From IMG/VR virus record IMGVR_UViG_3300035210_000191: a stretch of 57,676 nt of DNA. The stretch is one strand, 5' to 3'. The notes beneath the pieces were generated by a model. That model saw only the letters and a program-made list of their open reading frames with translations, had not been told where the DNA came from and ran no database searches. A program made the position numbers and the translations under genes. Each line of letters starts with the position of its first letter. Position 1 is the stretch's first letter. Source of the stretch: an uncultured virus (IMG/VR IMGVR_UViG_3300035210_000191) (lineage: Duplodnaviria; Heunggongvirae; Uroviricota; Caudoviricetes). Shown in pieces: positions 19,264-30,039 of this stretch.

Positions 19264-19578
19264 GTGAATAAATTTATTACACGAGCTGTCAATCATGTTC
19301 GTTACACCACACACGTTGTTATCAGTGATGAAGATTTCATTAAAGTCATTAAAGAAGACGATTATGTCTTTAATTCCATTGTGAACAATTCATTAGATTG
19401 GGATAATTTGGAAAGTTTGATTTTGAACTCATTCTGTTTGTCTATGATTGATAAACGTTGGCCGACACCAGAAGAACTTTCAAGCATGACTGAGGCTGAA
19501 TATGACGCTTTTCATGATGAATTTCAAAAGGGGTGTATTCAACATGGTTTTGGGTATGCCAAAAACACCCAAGAGTAA
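19264..19578 (+). CDS. hypothetical protein
   Basis: 104 aa, GAGG RBS, GTG start. Confidence 0.7.
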   Translation: MNKFITRAVNHVRYTTHVVISDEDFIKVIKEDDYVFNSIVNNSLDWDNLESLILNSFCLSMIDKRWPTPEELSSMTEAEYDAFHDEFQKGCIQHGFGYAKNTQE

Positions 19579-19651
19579 CAAAACGTTTTAATTGTAAAGG
19601 TACCTATATCGCCTTCAAGCATATAGTTTAATAATTTATAGGAGTGTCATC

Positions 19652-20488
19652 ATGGGTGGTTCTGTTCAACTAGTTGTTCGCAATAAAGAAGGTGCTATCA
19701 CTGCGTTGCCAGTGTGGACGAATAGCATGGCTTCGTTGTTGCTTAAAAACCCTAAATTCCTTGCAGGTGACTTCTCCTATTTGACCGAGTTTGTTAATTA
19801 TCACCGTGAACTGATGGCTGATTATGACGCTAACCACGTTACTCGAACCTTTAAAGATTCGAATGCTGGTTTGTTTGGTTCTAAACCCTTCGGTGGTTTG
19901 GCTCCTATTGAATACGGTATTGTTGTCATTGACTTCAAAGAAATGAAAATCATTGATATGCAAGACTACACCAATGCTTCTTCCATTTATATGTCGTTGA
20001 AACGTACTGTTGGTCAACAAGATCTGCAGCTTGTTTCATTGTCTAGCACGGGCAAAGATGTTCAAGATATTGAGGAATTTATTTCGAAAGGTTATTGCAA
20101 GTCTGTAAAAACTTCTTACGAATCTGATATCAACTATGACATTTCAGAACTACGAACTTTACATGATGTCTTGAATTTGTTGGATGATAAGTTACACAAT
20201 GTGGAGATCCCAATGTCTTTTAAATCTCAGGATATTGGAGCTGTATTAGCAATGTTGGGTAAATCTAAGCAAGAAGTTGGACTTCCAGAAGATTTTGAGT
20301 TTCCTGAAACTGAGTCTTTTCAACTTGATTTGGTTATTGATCAACAAGGTTTTGAAGTGTTAACGTATAAACCACGTAACCGTGAAAATATTTCAAAGGT
20401 AAAAGAAGAAATTATTACCCTTGGCTTTCCTTTAACTGATGGTGATCTTGATCGTTGGGCGTTTTTTGAAAAATCTCGAGCGGAATAA
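19652..20488 (+). CDS. hypothetical protein, MGG family
   Basis: close paralog of 18490 (LPVWTNSM, PFGGL, DFKEMKI). Confidence 0.8.
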   Translation: MGGSVQLVVRNKEGAITALPVWTNSMASLLLKNPKFLAGDFSYLTEFVNYHRELMADYDANHVTRTFKDSNAGLFGSKPFGGLAPIEYGIVVIDFKEMKIIDMQDYTNASSIYMSLKRTVGQQDLQLVSLSSTGKDVQDIEEFISKGYCKSVKTSYESDINYDISELRTLHDVLNLLDDKLHNVEIPMSFKSQDIGAVLAMLGKSKQEVGLPEDFEFPETESFQLDLVIDQQGFEVLTYKPRNRENISKVKEEIITLGFPLTDGDLDRWAFFEKSRAE

Positions 20489-20496
20489 GTCATTTT

Positions 20497-21204
20497 ATGA
20501 TAATTGTCGCAATTAATAGTTTATTAACAAAATGCGAAACCTTTTTAAATAAGGTATTCGATAATAGAACTGACACTTTTATCAGTCGTTCTGATGTTCT
20601 ATTTAGTTTTATTTTTTCACCATTTGTGATACTGTTATTGTTTAACTTTATCAATATTTTTAAAAGTTTAACAATAACAGTCATTAAGGACGATGACATT
20701 TTGTGGAAATATATGTTTTATTTTCCTTTAACTTCCTTTCTATTCTTATTGTTTGTTTATTCGCTTTATATGTATAAACATCGTTCTATTTTCATGTATT
20801 CACTGGGAAGTCCTGTTTTAAAACTATTGGGATTTTTGATATTTGTTTTTTTTGTTGCAATGTCTTATGAAAAAATACATGTTTGTTTTGCCACTGTTCT
20901 GTTAGTAATTAATGCTTTTTCTATTGTTTCTTTGATTGGCAGTAATCTAATTGTTTCAGAAAATATAAGAAATTCAAAAGACAACAATCAATTTAAAATC
21001 ACATTCATTAGTCTTGAAGGTGAACAACGTGGATTTACATTTTTTAAAAATATTAATATTTTATATTATTCTACTCATATACTTTTAGAAAAATATAAAA
21101 TAAGTTACAAGGATGTTTTTCTTTTCGAACATCAATTTAGTAAGAAGCTATATGATTTTAATGATGACGAATTAAAGATCCTTAAAATGTATGCAATTTA
21201 TTAA
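20497..21204 (+). CDS. multi-pass membrane protein with C-terminal M-x-x-I motif
   Basis: about 4 hydrophobic segments; paralog of 21237; ends KILKMYAIY. Confidence 0.7.
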   Translation: MIIVAINSLLTKCETFLNKVFDNRTDTFISRSDVLFSFIFSPFVILLLFNFINIFKSLTITVIKDDDILWKYMFYFPLTSFLFLLFVYSLYMYKHRSIFMYSLGSPVLKLLGFLIFVFFVAMSYEKIHVCFATVLLVINAFSIVSLIGSNLIVSENIRNSKDNNQFKITFISLEGEQRGFTFFKNINILYYSTHILLEKYKISYKDVFLFEHQFSKKLYDFNDDELKILKMYAIY

Positions 21205-21236
21205 TAAATATATTATAATTTAGAGGTATAGAATTA

Positions 21237-21947
21237 ATGTTATTTCAAAATATAAAAAGACATATCAACAATTTATTAGGGAAATATAATGTTGATAACA
21301 CAACAAGTAAAGATATTTTTATAGGTGTTATAACGTCTCCTATTACTTTTTTAATTATAACTATAATGGTTTATTCTATAAAGACAATTGGGCATTTCCT
21401 TTCATTGCCGGAAAGTAATAATTTATTAATGTTTAAATATTCAGTGCCATTTTTAATTTCTCTATTGCCCATAGTTGTTTATTGTTATTTTATCTATAAA
21501 TATAAAACCTTTTACGTTTCTTTTACTGGTCGTCCTGTTCTGCTTTTATTAAGTATTATTGCTTTTACCTTTATGTTATTTTTGATCTTGGTATCATCTA
21601 ATCTTGAATTAATAGGGACTGTGCTTCTTTTTGCTTCTCTGCTGTTATCATCCATACTTGTATTCTTCATAAGTTTTTCTAGCTCAAAAAATACATTATT
21701 AAAATTGGATGCTTTAAATTTTACTAAGAGATCTAAAATCGCCTTTGTTGATTTATATAATTATGATTTGAGTATTTTAATATTTATCAAGAAACCTAAT
21801 ATTTTTTACCAAGAAAAATATATTCAGATTAATGGTTATAAGGTAAGTTATCAGGATGTTTCTATTTTTGAAGATCAATTTAATAAAAAGTTGTATGATT
21901 TCAATAAAGATGAACTTGAAATTATGACAATGTATGCGTTCAATTAA
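21237..21947 (+). CDS. multi-pass membrane protein with C-terminal motif
   Basis: paralog of 20497; ends EIMTMYAFN. Confidence 0.75.
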   Translation: MLFQNIKRHINNLLGKYNVDNTTSKDIFIGVITSPITFLIITIMVYSIKTIGHFLSLPESNNLLMFKYSVPFLISLLPIVVYCYFIYKYKTFYVSFTGRPVLLLLSIIAFTFMLFLILVSSNLELIGTVLLFASLLLSSILVFFISFSSSKNTLLKLDALNFTKRSKIAFVDLYNYDLSILIFIKKPNIFYQEKYIQINGYKVSYQDVSIFEDQFNKKLYDFNKDELEIMTMYAFN

Positions 21948-21955
21948 TGAGATGG

Positions 21956-22579
21956 TTAAATCTTAACCATCTCTGTCAGTAGTCCATATTCTTTGAAATC
22001 CTTTTCAATCACATTATCCCACGCTTCCAGTGTTCTCTTTCTGGCTACATTTATTCTATTTACTTTCATATTGCCTTCCAAATCAAAAACCATGTACATA
22101 CTGGTATGAGTACCTGAACAAATAACTGCTTGATTGCTGATGACATTGCTCATTTTTGATTTGTTATGTTCAAAATTTAAAACGATTTCATTTTTGTCAG
22201 GATTTTTTAAATCAAATTCAAAATCAATGTATGCCTTCACTGAATCTACATACGAGTGTAGTTGATTAGTTTCAATATCAACAATTCGCAAGGCTTCAAA
22301 AAAATCAACATATTGATTGCCATAATCAATTATCTTTTGAATAATGTCGTTGGCTGGATAATTTGTTTCGATTTTACCTTTTTTAAAGGTCAAAAAATCA
22401 AAATTTAAGACATCACAATACGTGCCAGCTAAAAGCAAGGCATTTTTGTGACTCGTTTTTAAAGTGAATTTTAGATGAGACTTTTTTCTCATTTCTTTAA
22501 CTTCTATGCCAAATTTATTCAGCATAATTTGAATGCTTTTCAATTTGATGCTATGTTCACCTTCTGGTGGTTTTTTCAT
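21956..22579 (-). CDS. hypothetical protein with C-terminal M-x-x-I motif
   Basis: GAGG RBS; ends LLTEMVKI. Confidence 0.75.
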   Translation of the reverse strand: MKKPPEGEHSIKLKSIQIMLNKFGIEVKEMRKKSHLKFTLKTSHKNALLLAGTYCDVLNFDFLTFKKGKIETNYPANDIIQKIIDYGNQYVDFFEALRIVDIETNQLHSYVDSVKAYIDFEFDLKNPDKNEIVLNFEHNKSKMSNVISNQAVICSGTHTSMYMVFDLEGNMKVNRINVARKRTLEAWDNVIEKDFKEYGLLTEMVKI

Positions 22580-22645
22580 TGTTACACCTCTTAAATTGAA
22601 TTTTTTTTATAAAATATGCTTTCATTAAGTAAAAACAAACACGCA

Positions 22646-23455
22646 TTAAATTTTAATCATCTCATCAAGTGCGATGTATTGTAAATACTTGTCTAATTCA
22701 AGTTGAGCAAAATCACTTTTTGAAATTTCTATTTGATAGCGTTGATACAAAATGTTGAATATATAGTTTCGAATGCCCTTGTTAACCATGTTCAATATAT
22801 TTTCTATTGTTTCAATTTCATAGACGCCATTCTTTTTTAATACATAAATGTTAGGACAATCTTTATCCAATGAAATGCAAATTTTGGTTCGCTTAGAAAC
22901 ATTGAGTGGTAGTGATGTTTCCATGACAGGAATATATTTCTTGATGTCTTTATCATCAACAATAATCATTTTAATTAGCTGTGTCACAGCAAGATTAATA
23001 ACAGTATTATTCCAAGGATACAGCTTAAAGTCATAATAAAAATGATCAAAATTTTCCCAATTTTTTACACCATCTTTTTTTCTACTAAAAAATGACATCC
23101 ATGAGAAATCTTCGATATCTTTTGTTTTTACAGGCTCGACTGTAAATGATAGGAATTCATACAAATCAGATAATGAGTTTATTGTTGATTTATACAAGGT
23201 CATATCGAAAGGATATAACTTTTTTAATACTGTCAGCATTGTTTCTTGATCTTCTATGGTTCTAGAACGAATTGAAAAATGAAATGATTGCACCTCTTTA
23301 AATGCATGGATACTACATTCGTTAAGTGCATTTTTACTAAAAAGATGATGATTATGTCGGTATGTGTATTCAAATTCACCTTCTAAATTATCAACAATAG
23401 ATTGAAGAACATCTTTCGTTAATTTAGCATGGTTATCAATCTTTTCCTTTTCCAT
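22646..23455 (-). CDS. hypothetical protein, paralog of 23562
   Basis: shared WSFF/LYPW/YIPV motifs; ends ALDEMIKI. Confidence 0.75.
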   Translation of the reverse strand: MEKEKIDNHAKLTKDVLQSIVDNLEGEFEYTYRHNHHLFSKNALNECSIHAFKEVQSFHFSIRSRTIEDQETMLTVLKKLYPFDMTLYKSTINSLSDLYEFLSFTVEPVKTKDIEDFSWMSFFSRKKDGVKNWENFDHFYYDFKLYPWNNTVINLAVTQLIKMIIVDDKDIKKYIPVMETSLPLNVSKRTKICISLDKDCPNIYVLKKNGVYEIETIENILNMVNKGIRNYIFNILYQRYQIEISKSDFAQLELDKYLQYIALDEMIKI

Positions 23456-23561
23456 ATTCACCTCTTTTAATGCCTAATTTTAACAGAAATGACTATATAT
23501 ATCAAGTTAAAATATCGTTGCAAAAATGTTTATCATCTGTTATGTCCATATAGACAACTCC

Positions 23562-24374
23562 TTATATATTTGTCATTCTATGAAGACTGATATATTGTAA
23601 AAAATCATTGGTTGATAATGTTGAAAAATTATCAAGATCCAAATCAATATAGTTCTCCTTTTTCATAATACACAATGAATAATACATAATTGGATCTCTA
23701 ATCTCATTCATCACATGTTCAATGGATTCCATCTCATAATGACCATTCTTCAATATATAAATATAAGGAAATGATTTATCGACTGATATACACACTTTTT
23801 TAGATTTGGTGTCATTGATAGGAAATGAAACTTCGATAACAGGTATATAGGTAGATTTACCCAGATCATCAATGATAATCATCTTAGGTTTTTGACCACC
23901 ACAACAGACAGGATATGTCTTTTTCCAAGGATATAATCTCATATGATACGAATGAGTATCAAAATTAATCCAAGATTTTCTTGGTGTTTGTTTTGTTTTT
24001 CTAAAAAAACTCCATGTGAGATTTTCAAATCCATTCATATTAAAAGGTTCTACAATGTAATTAATTTCTAAGTAAAAATTTGACATTGTTTGGATTGTTT
24101 CATTAAAAAAAGTTGTATTGAGTGGATAACGATCATCCAAAGCCTGCAGTAATATATTTTGAATATTGAGATTGTCAACTCGACCTAATAAAGAAAAAGC
24201 TTGTTTTTCTTCTATTGCGGTAATATTACATTGATATTTTCCGTTTCTTTTTGCAGAAAGGTCATGTCCACTATTTATATATTTATGCGTAAATCTAAGA
24301 TCTAAATGAGAAAAGATATCTTCCATTGTGGCCTTAGTTAAATCATGATAGTTTTCATTATTTAAAGATTCCAT
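23562..24374 (-). CDS. hypothetical protein, paralog of 22646
   Basis: GAGG RBS; ends SLHRMTNI. Confidence 0.75.
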   Translation of the reverse strand: MESLNNENYHDLTKATMEDIFSHLDLRFTHKYINSGHDLSAKRNGKYQCNITAIEEKQAFSLLGRVDNLNIQNILLQALDDRYPLNTTFFNETIQTMSNFYLEINYIVEPFNMNGFENLTWSFFRKTKQTPRKSWINFDTHSYHMRLYPWKKTYPVCCGGQKPKMIIIDDLGKSTYIPVIEVSFPINDTKSKKVCISVDKSFPYIYILKNGHYEMESIEHVMNEIRDPIMYYSLCIMKKENYIDLDLDNFSTLSTNDFLQYISLHRMTNI

Positions 24375-24499
24375 ACACACCTCTTTTGATGCCTTATTTT
24401 AGCAGAAAACACTCTATATATCAAGTTAAAATGTCATTGCTAAAATCTATCTCATCTGTTATAATCCAGCCCTTGCTGTATTTAATTCTTGGAGATTAT

Positions 24500-25957
24500 A
24501 TGTCTAAAATATCAACTGATGATTGCAAAGACTTCTTGATGAAGACTTACCCTGACAGTAACCGGACTAAATGGAAACGTGTGAGTAAGTATAAAGACGA
24601 TCATGGTCTGGTCTGTCGAGATTTTAATAACCCTACAGTGGGTGATGTAACACTTATTGAAGTGAATGACACACTAGAACTCAAACAATCAGTCGCTGTT
24701 GATGTTGCACCAGTCACGATTAAAGACAATACGATTGTTGTGAAATCCTTTTCTAAAAAAGACATGACCGATGCAAAACGTCTTGTAAGCAAATATGTAA
24801 ACAGTGATGGCGAAGAAGAAATCTCCGATGATAATAAAGGCTTTATTGCTATCCCTTCACAAGTTGTCTACCGTTTTAGTATGCTAGATGGCGATCATAA
24901 AGAAATTCTTGATTCCGTCAATGCGACTCGTGACTACAATCATAAAATGGATCGTTTTTGTTTGGAAATCTACCCTGCACATGGCGAATACAACGAACAT
25001 ATGGATTATCTAATTGGTTCTTTCATGCCAGAAAATGATGGCGAAGCAATGGAATGCACGTATGAATTCAGCTATGAAGAACCTATCAGCATTAAAGAAA
25101 TGGTTCAAAAAATGGCAAGTGCTGGTTTTATCTATCTTGAAGATAGTTGTTTTCTGGCTGAAACTGTTAGTCAGTTAGAATTTATGAATGAAGCTATTAA
25201 CGTAGAATCGTCTTCGTTGGTTGATGTTAAATCTGCATTTGAACAAGCTATCAAAACAGATGATGGCGATATGCTTGATGAAGCTCTTTCTAGTGGTGGC
25301 CTACTGAATTTTAAATATAAGAAAGCTATTCCTTTGGTTTATTGTATGCAAAATAACCTTGTTAATTGTTTTAAAGTTTTGGTTAACCATGAACCTAACT
25401 TAGCAAAAGGTGTTAAATATTCTGGAAACCCTGTATGGGCAGAAGCTGTTTCTGATGTCGTTCTTGGTCATTCTTTTGATTATCTAGCTTACTTGCTTGA
25501 TCATGGTAAATATGATTTTAAGAAAGCTAGCCCAGTAGAGAATCAAATGCTGATGTCTGTTCTGGTTGAAAGAAACTTGTTGGATACATATAGGAATATT
25601 CTCAATGATAAAGTTCGCTCAGCCTTAACGCTACACATGATGATGGATGATCCTGACCCTTTTAGTAATCCTAATATTGCACAAGATATTTATGATGGAA
25701 TGCATAAATATGCTAAATACATGAACGAAGTTGGTTATCTTGGAGCTAGATTTAGTATGGGTATTGTGTCACCACCTATTTTAGATATGATGGTTGAAGC
25801 TAAGTTTAGAATTTATCGTGAGTCGCTTGAAGCGGATCTTGAATCTCAAATCGAATTATTTAAAACAGGTAGACGCGGTGATGGATTTACCAAAGCCCAA
25901 GTGGATGATGCCATTGCTCGTTATACAAAAGCCATTGAGAAACTTAGAAAAGGCTAG
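24500..25957 (+). CDS. MSK(I/V)-family protein with possible ankyrin-like C-terminal region
   Basis: GGAG RBS before MSKISTDDCK; PLVYCMQNNLVNCFKVLVNH resembles an ankyrin repeat. Confidence 0.75.
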   Translation: MSKISTDDCKDFLMKTYPDSNRTKWKRVSKYKDDHGLVCRDFNNPTVGDVTLIEVNDTLELKQSVAVDVAPVTIKDNTIVVKSFSKKDMTDAKRLVSKYVNSDGEEEISDDNKGFIAIPSQVVYRFSMLDGDHKEILDSVNATRDYNHKMDRFCLEIYPAHGEYNEHMDYLIGSFMPENDGEAMECTYEFSYEEPISIKEMVQKMASAGFIYLEDSCFLAETVSQLEFMNEAINVESSSLVDVKSAFEQAIKTDDGDMLDEALSSGGLLNFKYKKAIPLVYCMQNNLVNCFKVLVNHEPNLAKGVKYSGNPVWAEAVSDVVLGHSFDYLAYLLDHGKYDFKKASPVENQMLMSVLVERNLLDTYRNILNDKVRSALTLHMMMDDPDPFSNPNIAQDIYDGMHKYAKYMNEVGYLGARFSMGIVSPPILDMMVEAKFRIYRESLEADLESQIELFKTGRRGDGFTKAQVDDAIARYTKAIEKLRKG

Positions 25958-26009
25958 CCCTTTTCTACGGTTTATGGTATAATCATTATCACTAAAAGGG
26001 GAGTATTAT

Positions 26010-26438
26010 ATGAAAAGTGTTATTTTGTTTCTAGACTTTGATGGCGTGTTTCATCCATTGATGAGCAGTGGCCTTAAATTCGTGGATCTCCCAAATTTTG
26101 AAAATTTTATTCGTAAACATAAAGACCGTTTTGATTTTAAACTGGTGATTAGTAGCACTTGGCGTCGAGAATATACCTTATCTCAGATTTCCAAATTCTT
26201 TTCACCAGACATTGCTCTTTTGCTGGTAGGTGTTACGCCTGTTCTCAATACCATTGGTGACGGTGTTCGTTATGAAGAAGCACAACAATGGCGTGCCTTC
26301 AATGACATGACTTCGCATTGGTTTGCTCTGGATGATGACCATTACGCATGGGATCGCGTTGAACAGCTTGTTTGGTGTCATGATAAATTTCAAGAGCGTG
26401 AAATCGGTATTTTGGAAGAGAAACTTAACGCACTTTAA
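26010..26438 (+). CDS. HAD-superfamily phosphatase (Swiss-Army-knife RNA-repair-like HAD)
   Basis: LFLDFDGV, VISSTWR, GVTP, ALDD motifs. Confidence 0.8.
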   Translation: MKSVILFLDFDGVFHPLMSSGLKFVDLPNFENFIRKHKDRFDFKLVISSTWRREYTLSQISKFFSPDIALLLVGVTPVLNTIGDGVRYEEAQQWRAFNDMTSHWFALDDDHYAWDRVEQLVWCHDKFQEREIGILEEKLNAL

Positions 26439-26545
26439 CAGTTTGTAAATCCTATAAATCAATCTGTTTCAATCTTTTTGGTTGATATGTGATTGATTTT
26501 TTTTTATTTTTGTATATTATTAACTTAAATAAGGAGTTATCATCT

Positions 26546-27253
26546 ATGAGTAAAAATAAAATTAAAATTGCTTTATCACTAACAGCCGTAGTTGTTGTTA
26601 TACTTGGATATTTTTTATTCAATCAAGTGATTAAACCAGATACTATCATTAAAGATGATGTTGCAGCTACACAAGATTTATTTAAACACATTGATGAACA
26701 TATGACGTGGAATTTGGATAATGTATACATGACATTAGAGCCTACTGGATATGTTGACATTTTTAATACTGTAGTTACCACTGTTGGCTTGCAACGACCT
26801 GAATTCCCTGCACTTAATGCAGATACTATCAATTATTATCGTGATAATTATAGGAGTCCCGATTCAGTCCCTTTTAATGTAAAGCCAGAATATGCTGATC
26901 GATTTAAACGAGAAAAATCCCAGATTTCCATGAGTTATGTTATTAACTTTGACCAGAGTAAAGTCGATAATGTTTATTTGGTTAGAAAAATAGATCATGA
27001 AGATTATTTTAGTTTCAATGCCCATGCAACATTGAGTCATATTATTTTCAATTTGAACAAACAGCAAAATATTAAACCAGCAACCAGTCTTCGTCTTGAA
27101 TTAACGCCTATCAAAATGAAAAATGGTGAAGCCTATCATTATTTTGCAAAAGAATCAGACATCAACACACCTGTTGCTTATGATACTTGTAAGGACACAC
27201 TAGATTGTCTCTATATATCACGATATAAATCAACCATTCCACGACCACTTTAA
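26546..27253 (+). CDS. membrane-anchored hypothetical protein
   Basis: AAGGAG RBS, N-terminal TM segment. Confidence 0.7.
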   Translation: MSKNKIKIALSLTAVVVVILGYFLFNQVIKPDTIIKDDVAATQDLFKHIDEHMTWNLDNVYMTLEPTGYVDIFNTVVTTVGLQRPEFPALNADTINYYRDNYRSPDSVPFNVKPEYADRFKREKSQISMSYVINFDQSKVDNVYLVRKIDHEDYFSFNAHATLSHIIFNLNKQQNIKPATSLRLELTPIKMKNGEAYHYFAKESDINTPVAYDTCKDTLDCLYISRYKSTIPRPL

Positions 27254-27331
27254 ACGGCTTAGGCCGTTTTTTGTTATCTTGCGATTTTTAAATCTTTCTG
27301 ATATACTCTTGGATGGCTTAGGAGACTTATT

Positions 27332-27793
27332 ATGATTAAAAAAGAATGTGTATTATTTTTGGACTTTGATGGAGTTCTCCATTTCTTTTTCCCAGAAGAA
27401 AATAGTACCGATGAAGAAAATCAGTTTTTCTATTTTATCCCACAGTTTGAACGCTTTATCAGAGCTTTTTCTGACAGGGTTAACTTTAAAATTGTGATTT
27501 CTAGCACTTGGCGTGACAACAAAACGTTTAATCAACTTAAAGCACCTTTTTCAAAAGATATTCAAGAAATGATTGTAGGTGTTACTCCCAATCATTATGA
27601 TAACAGTGAAGGTAGCCGTTTACGTGAAGCCCAAGAATGGTTAATGGTTAATCAATATAATGGTTCGTGGATAGCGATTGACGATAATGCTAATATTTGG
27701 TATAATGCCCCTGAGTTATTTTTGTGCGAGAATGGTCTTAACCAATCTGTTATTGACGATTTTATTGCTCGCTTTGACCTATTAAGGAGTTAA
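27332..27793 (+). CDS. HAD-superfamily phosphatase (RNA-repair-like HAD), paralog of 26010
   Basis: LFLDFDGV, VISSTWR, GVTP, AIDD. Confidence 0.8.
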   Translation: MIKKECVLFLDFDGVLHFFFPEENSTDEENQFFYFIPQFERFIRAFSDRVNFKIVISSTWRDNKTFNQLKAPFSKDIQEMIVGVTPNHYDNSEGSRLREAQEWLMVNQYNGSWIAIDDNANIWYNAPELFLCENGLNQSVIDDFIARFDLLRS

Positions 27794-27796
27794 TCT

Positions 27797-28270
27797 ATGA
27801 AGCGTAACATTCTATGTGTAACAGAATTTGAAACTGTAGAAAACTGCTATCGCTCGTTTAGTATTGATTTGTTGGCTACACCTAAAAACTTTGTGCTTCG
27901 TCAATTTATTGGTTCGGAATATAATACATTTCGTGTCATTAACCGTGAAGACAGTGACATGATTGAATTGCGTTCACCCACACTGGGTTCGTCTTATATT
28001 GATAAAAAAGCTTTGCGAGTTGCATTTGATTTAAACAAACATATTGTTATGTCTTTAAAAAATAGCAAAAATAAGGTTGTTATTCCTAAACCTAATTTGG
28101 AATGGTTGTTTAGCACGGGTCGTGAAGATATTAAGTGGAATCCTGTTTATGAAAAAATGGGTCAATTCGACTTAGAATTTGAAGACAAATTTCAATCCGA
28201 TTTCAGCATCGCTCAAATTGCCTATTTCAAACATCCCCAAATTAACTATATGGATGTTTTTCCATTCTAA
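27797..28270 (+). CDS. hypothetical protein
   Basis: 157 aa, AAGGAG RBS. Confidence 0.7.
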   Translation: MKRNILCVTEFETVENCYRSFSIDLLATPKNFVLRQFIGSEYNTFRVINREDSDMIELRSPTLGSSYIDKKALRVAFDLNKHIVMSLKNSKNKVVIPKPNLEWLFSTGREDIKWNPVYEKMGQFDLEFEDKFQSDFSIAQIAYFKHPQINYMDVFPF

Positions 28271-28282
28271 GAGGATTTAATC

Positions 28283-29212
28283 ATGAATATTAATACCAAG
28301 AAAAGTTTTGATGGAAAACAAGATAGACTGACCCACATTGCCAATCAGGCTAATCACAATGATGTGATTCTATCAATGTTTTTCAGTGCTCGAAATCTAT
28401 CTATTTCCAATGCTCTTTATCAAATTGAAACCTATCTTGGTAAACTAGGATTTGATGTTCGTGCTGAATGGAAGGAAAGTAGCTTCAGTCATCCGCTTAT
28501 TTATATTTATTACAATAATAAGAATAAACATCATCAGTATTCTTGCGAATTGAAACGCAGTAAAGAAGGCGGCTGGGATTCTCATCGTTCAAGTTCTATC
28601 ATGTATAAACTCGATAGAATTACTTCTACTGAATACACTCCTTATCAAATCAGTTCTCATATTCTTGCATTGCAGCACGCTTTGGCGAGTCAGTCATTCT
28701 TTGATATGGTTAATGGTTTAGTCAATGCTTGTAATTACCCCTTTGGTGATACTATTACCAGTTATGATGATAAAATTACAGCACTCAATGCACTTGAAAA
28801 TGGTCGAGGCACTGATAATCTCGCTGATTTGTTTGAAATGAACCGTAAATATTCAGTGTATAACCTGTTGCGAGAAATCAAACGAGAATTCAGTTGTAAT
28901 GGATTTAAGGTCATTGTTCACGATCCTGACCTCTCTACTGATACGCCTTTTATTACCGTTGAGTTGCTTAAACCTAATGCGACCTTTGATATTAAAGTTC
29001 ATCGTATTAAAGTTGATGAAATTCCAGACGGAATCAGCCCATACATGTATAAGTTTGGTTATGCTTGCAATATGAGTAGTTCCAAGTCAAAAGCACGCCA
29101 TTTGGCCGATTTTCAGGTGTATACATTACTATCGCCTTTTGAAGACAAAATGGATGAACTGGTCAATGGACTCAACTACCCTTTCAGTTATGAAAGTCAG
29201 TCGTCATTCTAA
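28283..29212 (+). CDS. hypothetical protein with internal duplication
   Basis: two halves ending LVNACNYPF and LVNGLNYPF. Confidence 0.75.
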   Translation: MNINTKKSFDGKQDRLTHIANQANHNDVILSMFFSARNLSISNALYQIETYLGKLGFDVRAEWKESSFSHPLIYIYYNNKNKHHQYSCELKRSKEGGWDSHRSSSIMYKLDRITSTEYTPYQISSHILALQHALASQSFFDMVNGLVNACNYPFGDTITSYDDKITALNALENGRGTDNLADLFEMNRKYSVYNLLREIKREFSCNGFKVIVHDPDLSTDTPFITVELLKPNATFDIKVHRIKVDEIPDGISPYMYKFGYACNMSSSKSKARHLADFQVYTLLSPFEDKMDELVNGLNYPFSYESQSSF

Positions 29213-29226
29213 GGTCTTTAAATTAT

Positions 29227-29796
29227 ATGCGATTATTAGAGAGGCAAACAGTTTTAAAAGCTATTGATGCAGCTCGTATCATCAATAAAGAGATAGAAGT
29301 CATTGATTTGACCTTAGATAATCCATATGTTTGTGGAACATGTAATTATAATGGTATTATTATGATTGGTCCAAAAGTTATTGAATTTCATTATTCCATC
29401 TTTCACAAGATTTTTCCTTACATTTTTGAATTGCATTCAATGACTGATTTTGAACATGAGACTTGGCGAGCTTTAATGGCTATTTGTTTCATTAAAGGTT
29501 TTAATATTAAAATACGAAGTAGTAATAACTTTTTCAGTGTTCTTGAAATAGAATCTGGTCATTATTTAAGCTTGACATTTGAAGGCTGCAAAGATGATAT
29601 TTCTCAAGTTCAGAAAATAATTGGTTATGATGAAGTGGGTTATTATCAACATGAATGTTCAAGTCACAAACATTTAGTTAACTGCTTTTTGTTACCTATT
29701 CTTAATAGAGAAGCTAATGAATTCCATATTTCGTTTAAGACTATTAATGATTTAACCGATGATAATCTGCTTATGCTTTCTGCTTTGACCTTATAA
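29227..29796 (+). CDS. hypothetical protein, variant C-terminal motif
   Basis: 189 aa; ends DDNLLMLSALTL. Confidence 0.7.
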   Translation: MRLLERQTVLKAIDAARIINKEIEVIDLTLDNPYVCGTCNYNGIIMIGPKVIEFHYSIFHKIFPYIFELHSMTDFEHETWRALMAICFIKGFNIKIRSSNNFFSVLEIESGHYLSLTFEGCKDDISQVQKIIGYDEVGYYQHECSSHKHLVNCFLLPILNREANEFHISFKTINDLTDDNLLMLSALTL

Positions 29797-29855
29797 TTTG
29801 TTGCATGATTAAACCTTTTATGGTATTATAGAGTCTCTTAATTAGAGGATATATT

Positions 29856-29954
29856 ATGAAAGCTAGTCAAATTACTCAGAAGTCCAAAACTGCAATGTTG
29901 TCGCTTGCTTTTATTACTCTTGTTACTGCTGTTGGTTTTACTATTGTTTCATAA
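29856..29954 (+). CDS. 32-aa single-TM microprotein MKASQITQKSKTAMLSLAFITLVTAVGFTIVS (absent from ORF track)
   Basis: GAGG RBS, upstream TGGTATTAT -10, hydrophobic C-terminal half. Confidence 0.55.
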   Translation: MKASQITQKSKTAMLSLAFITLVTAVGFTIVS

Positions 29955-30039
29955 TGTTTCAAGATGATGTAAATCTATTGCAACACAACCTACGTTTGAT
30001 ATAATTAATTAATAAATTACTAATGGAGTTTTAACTTTG

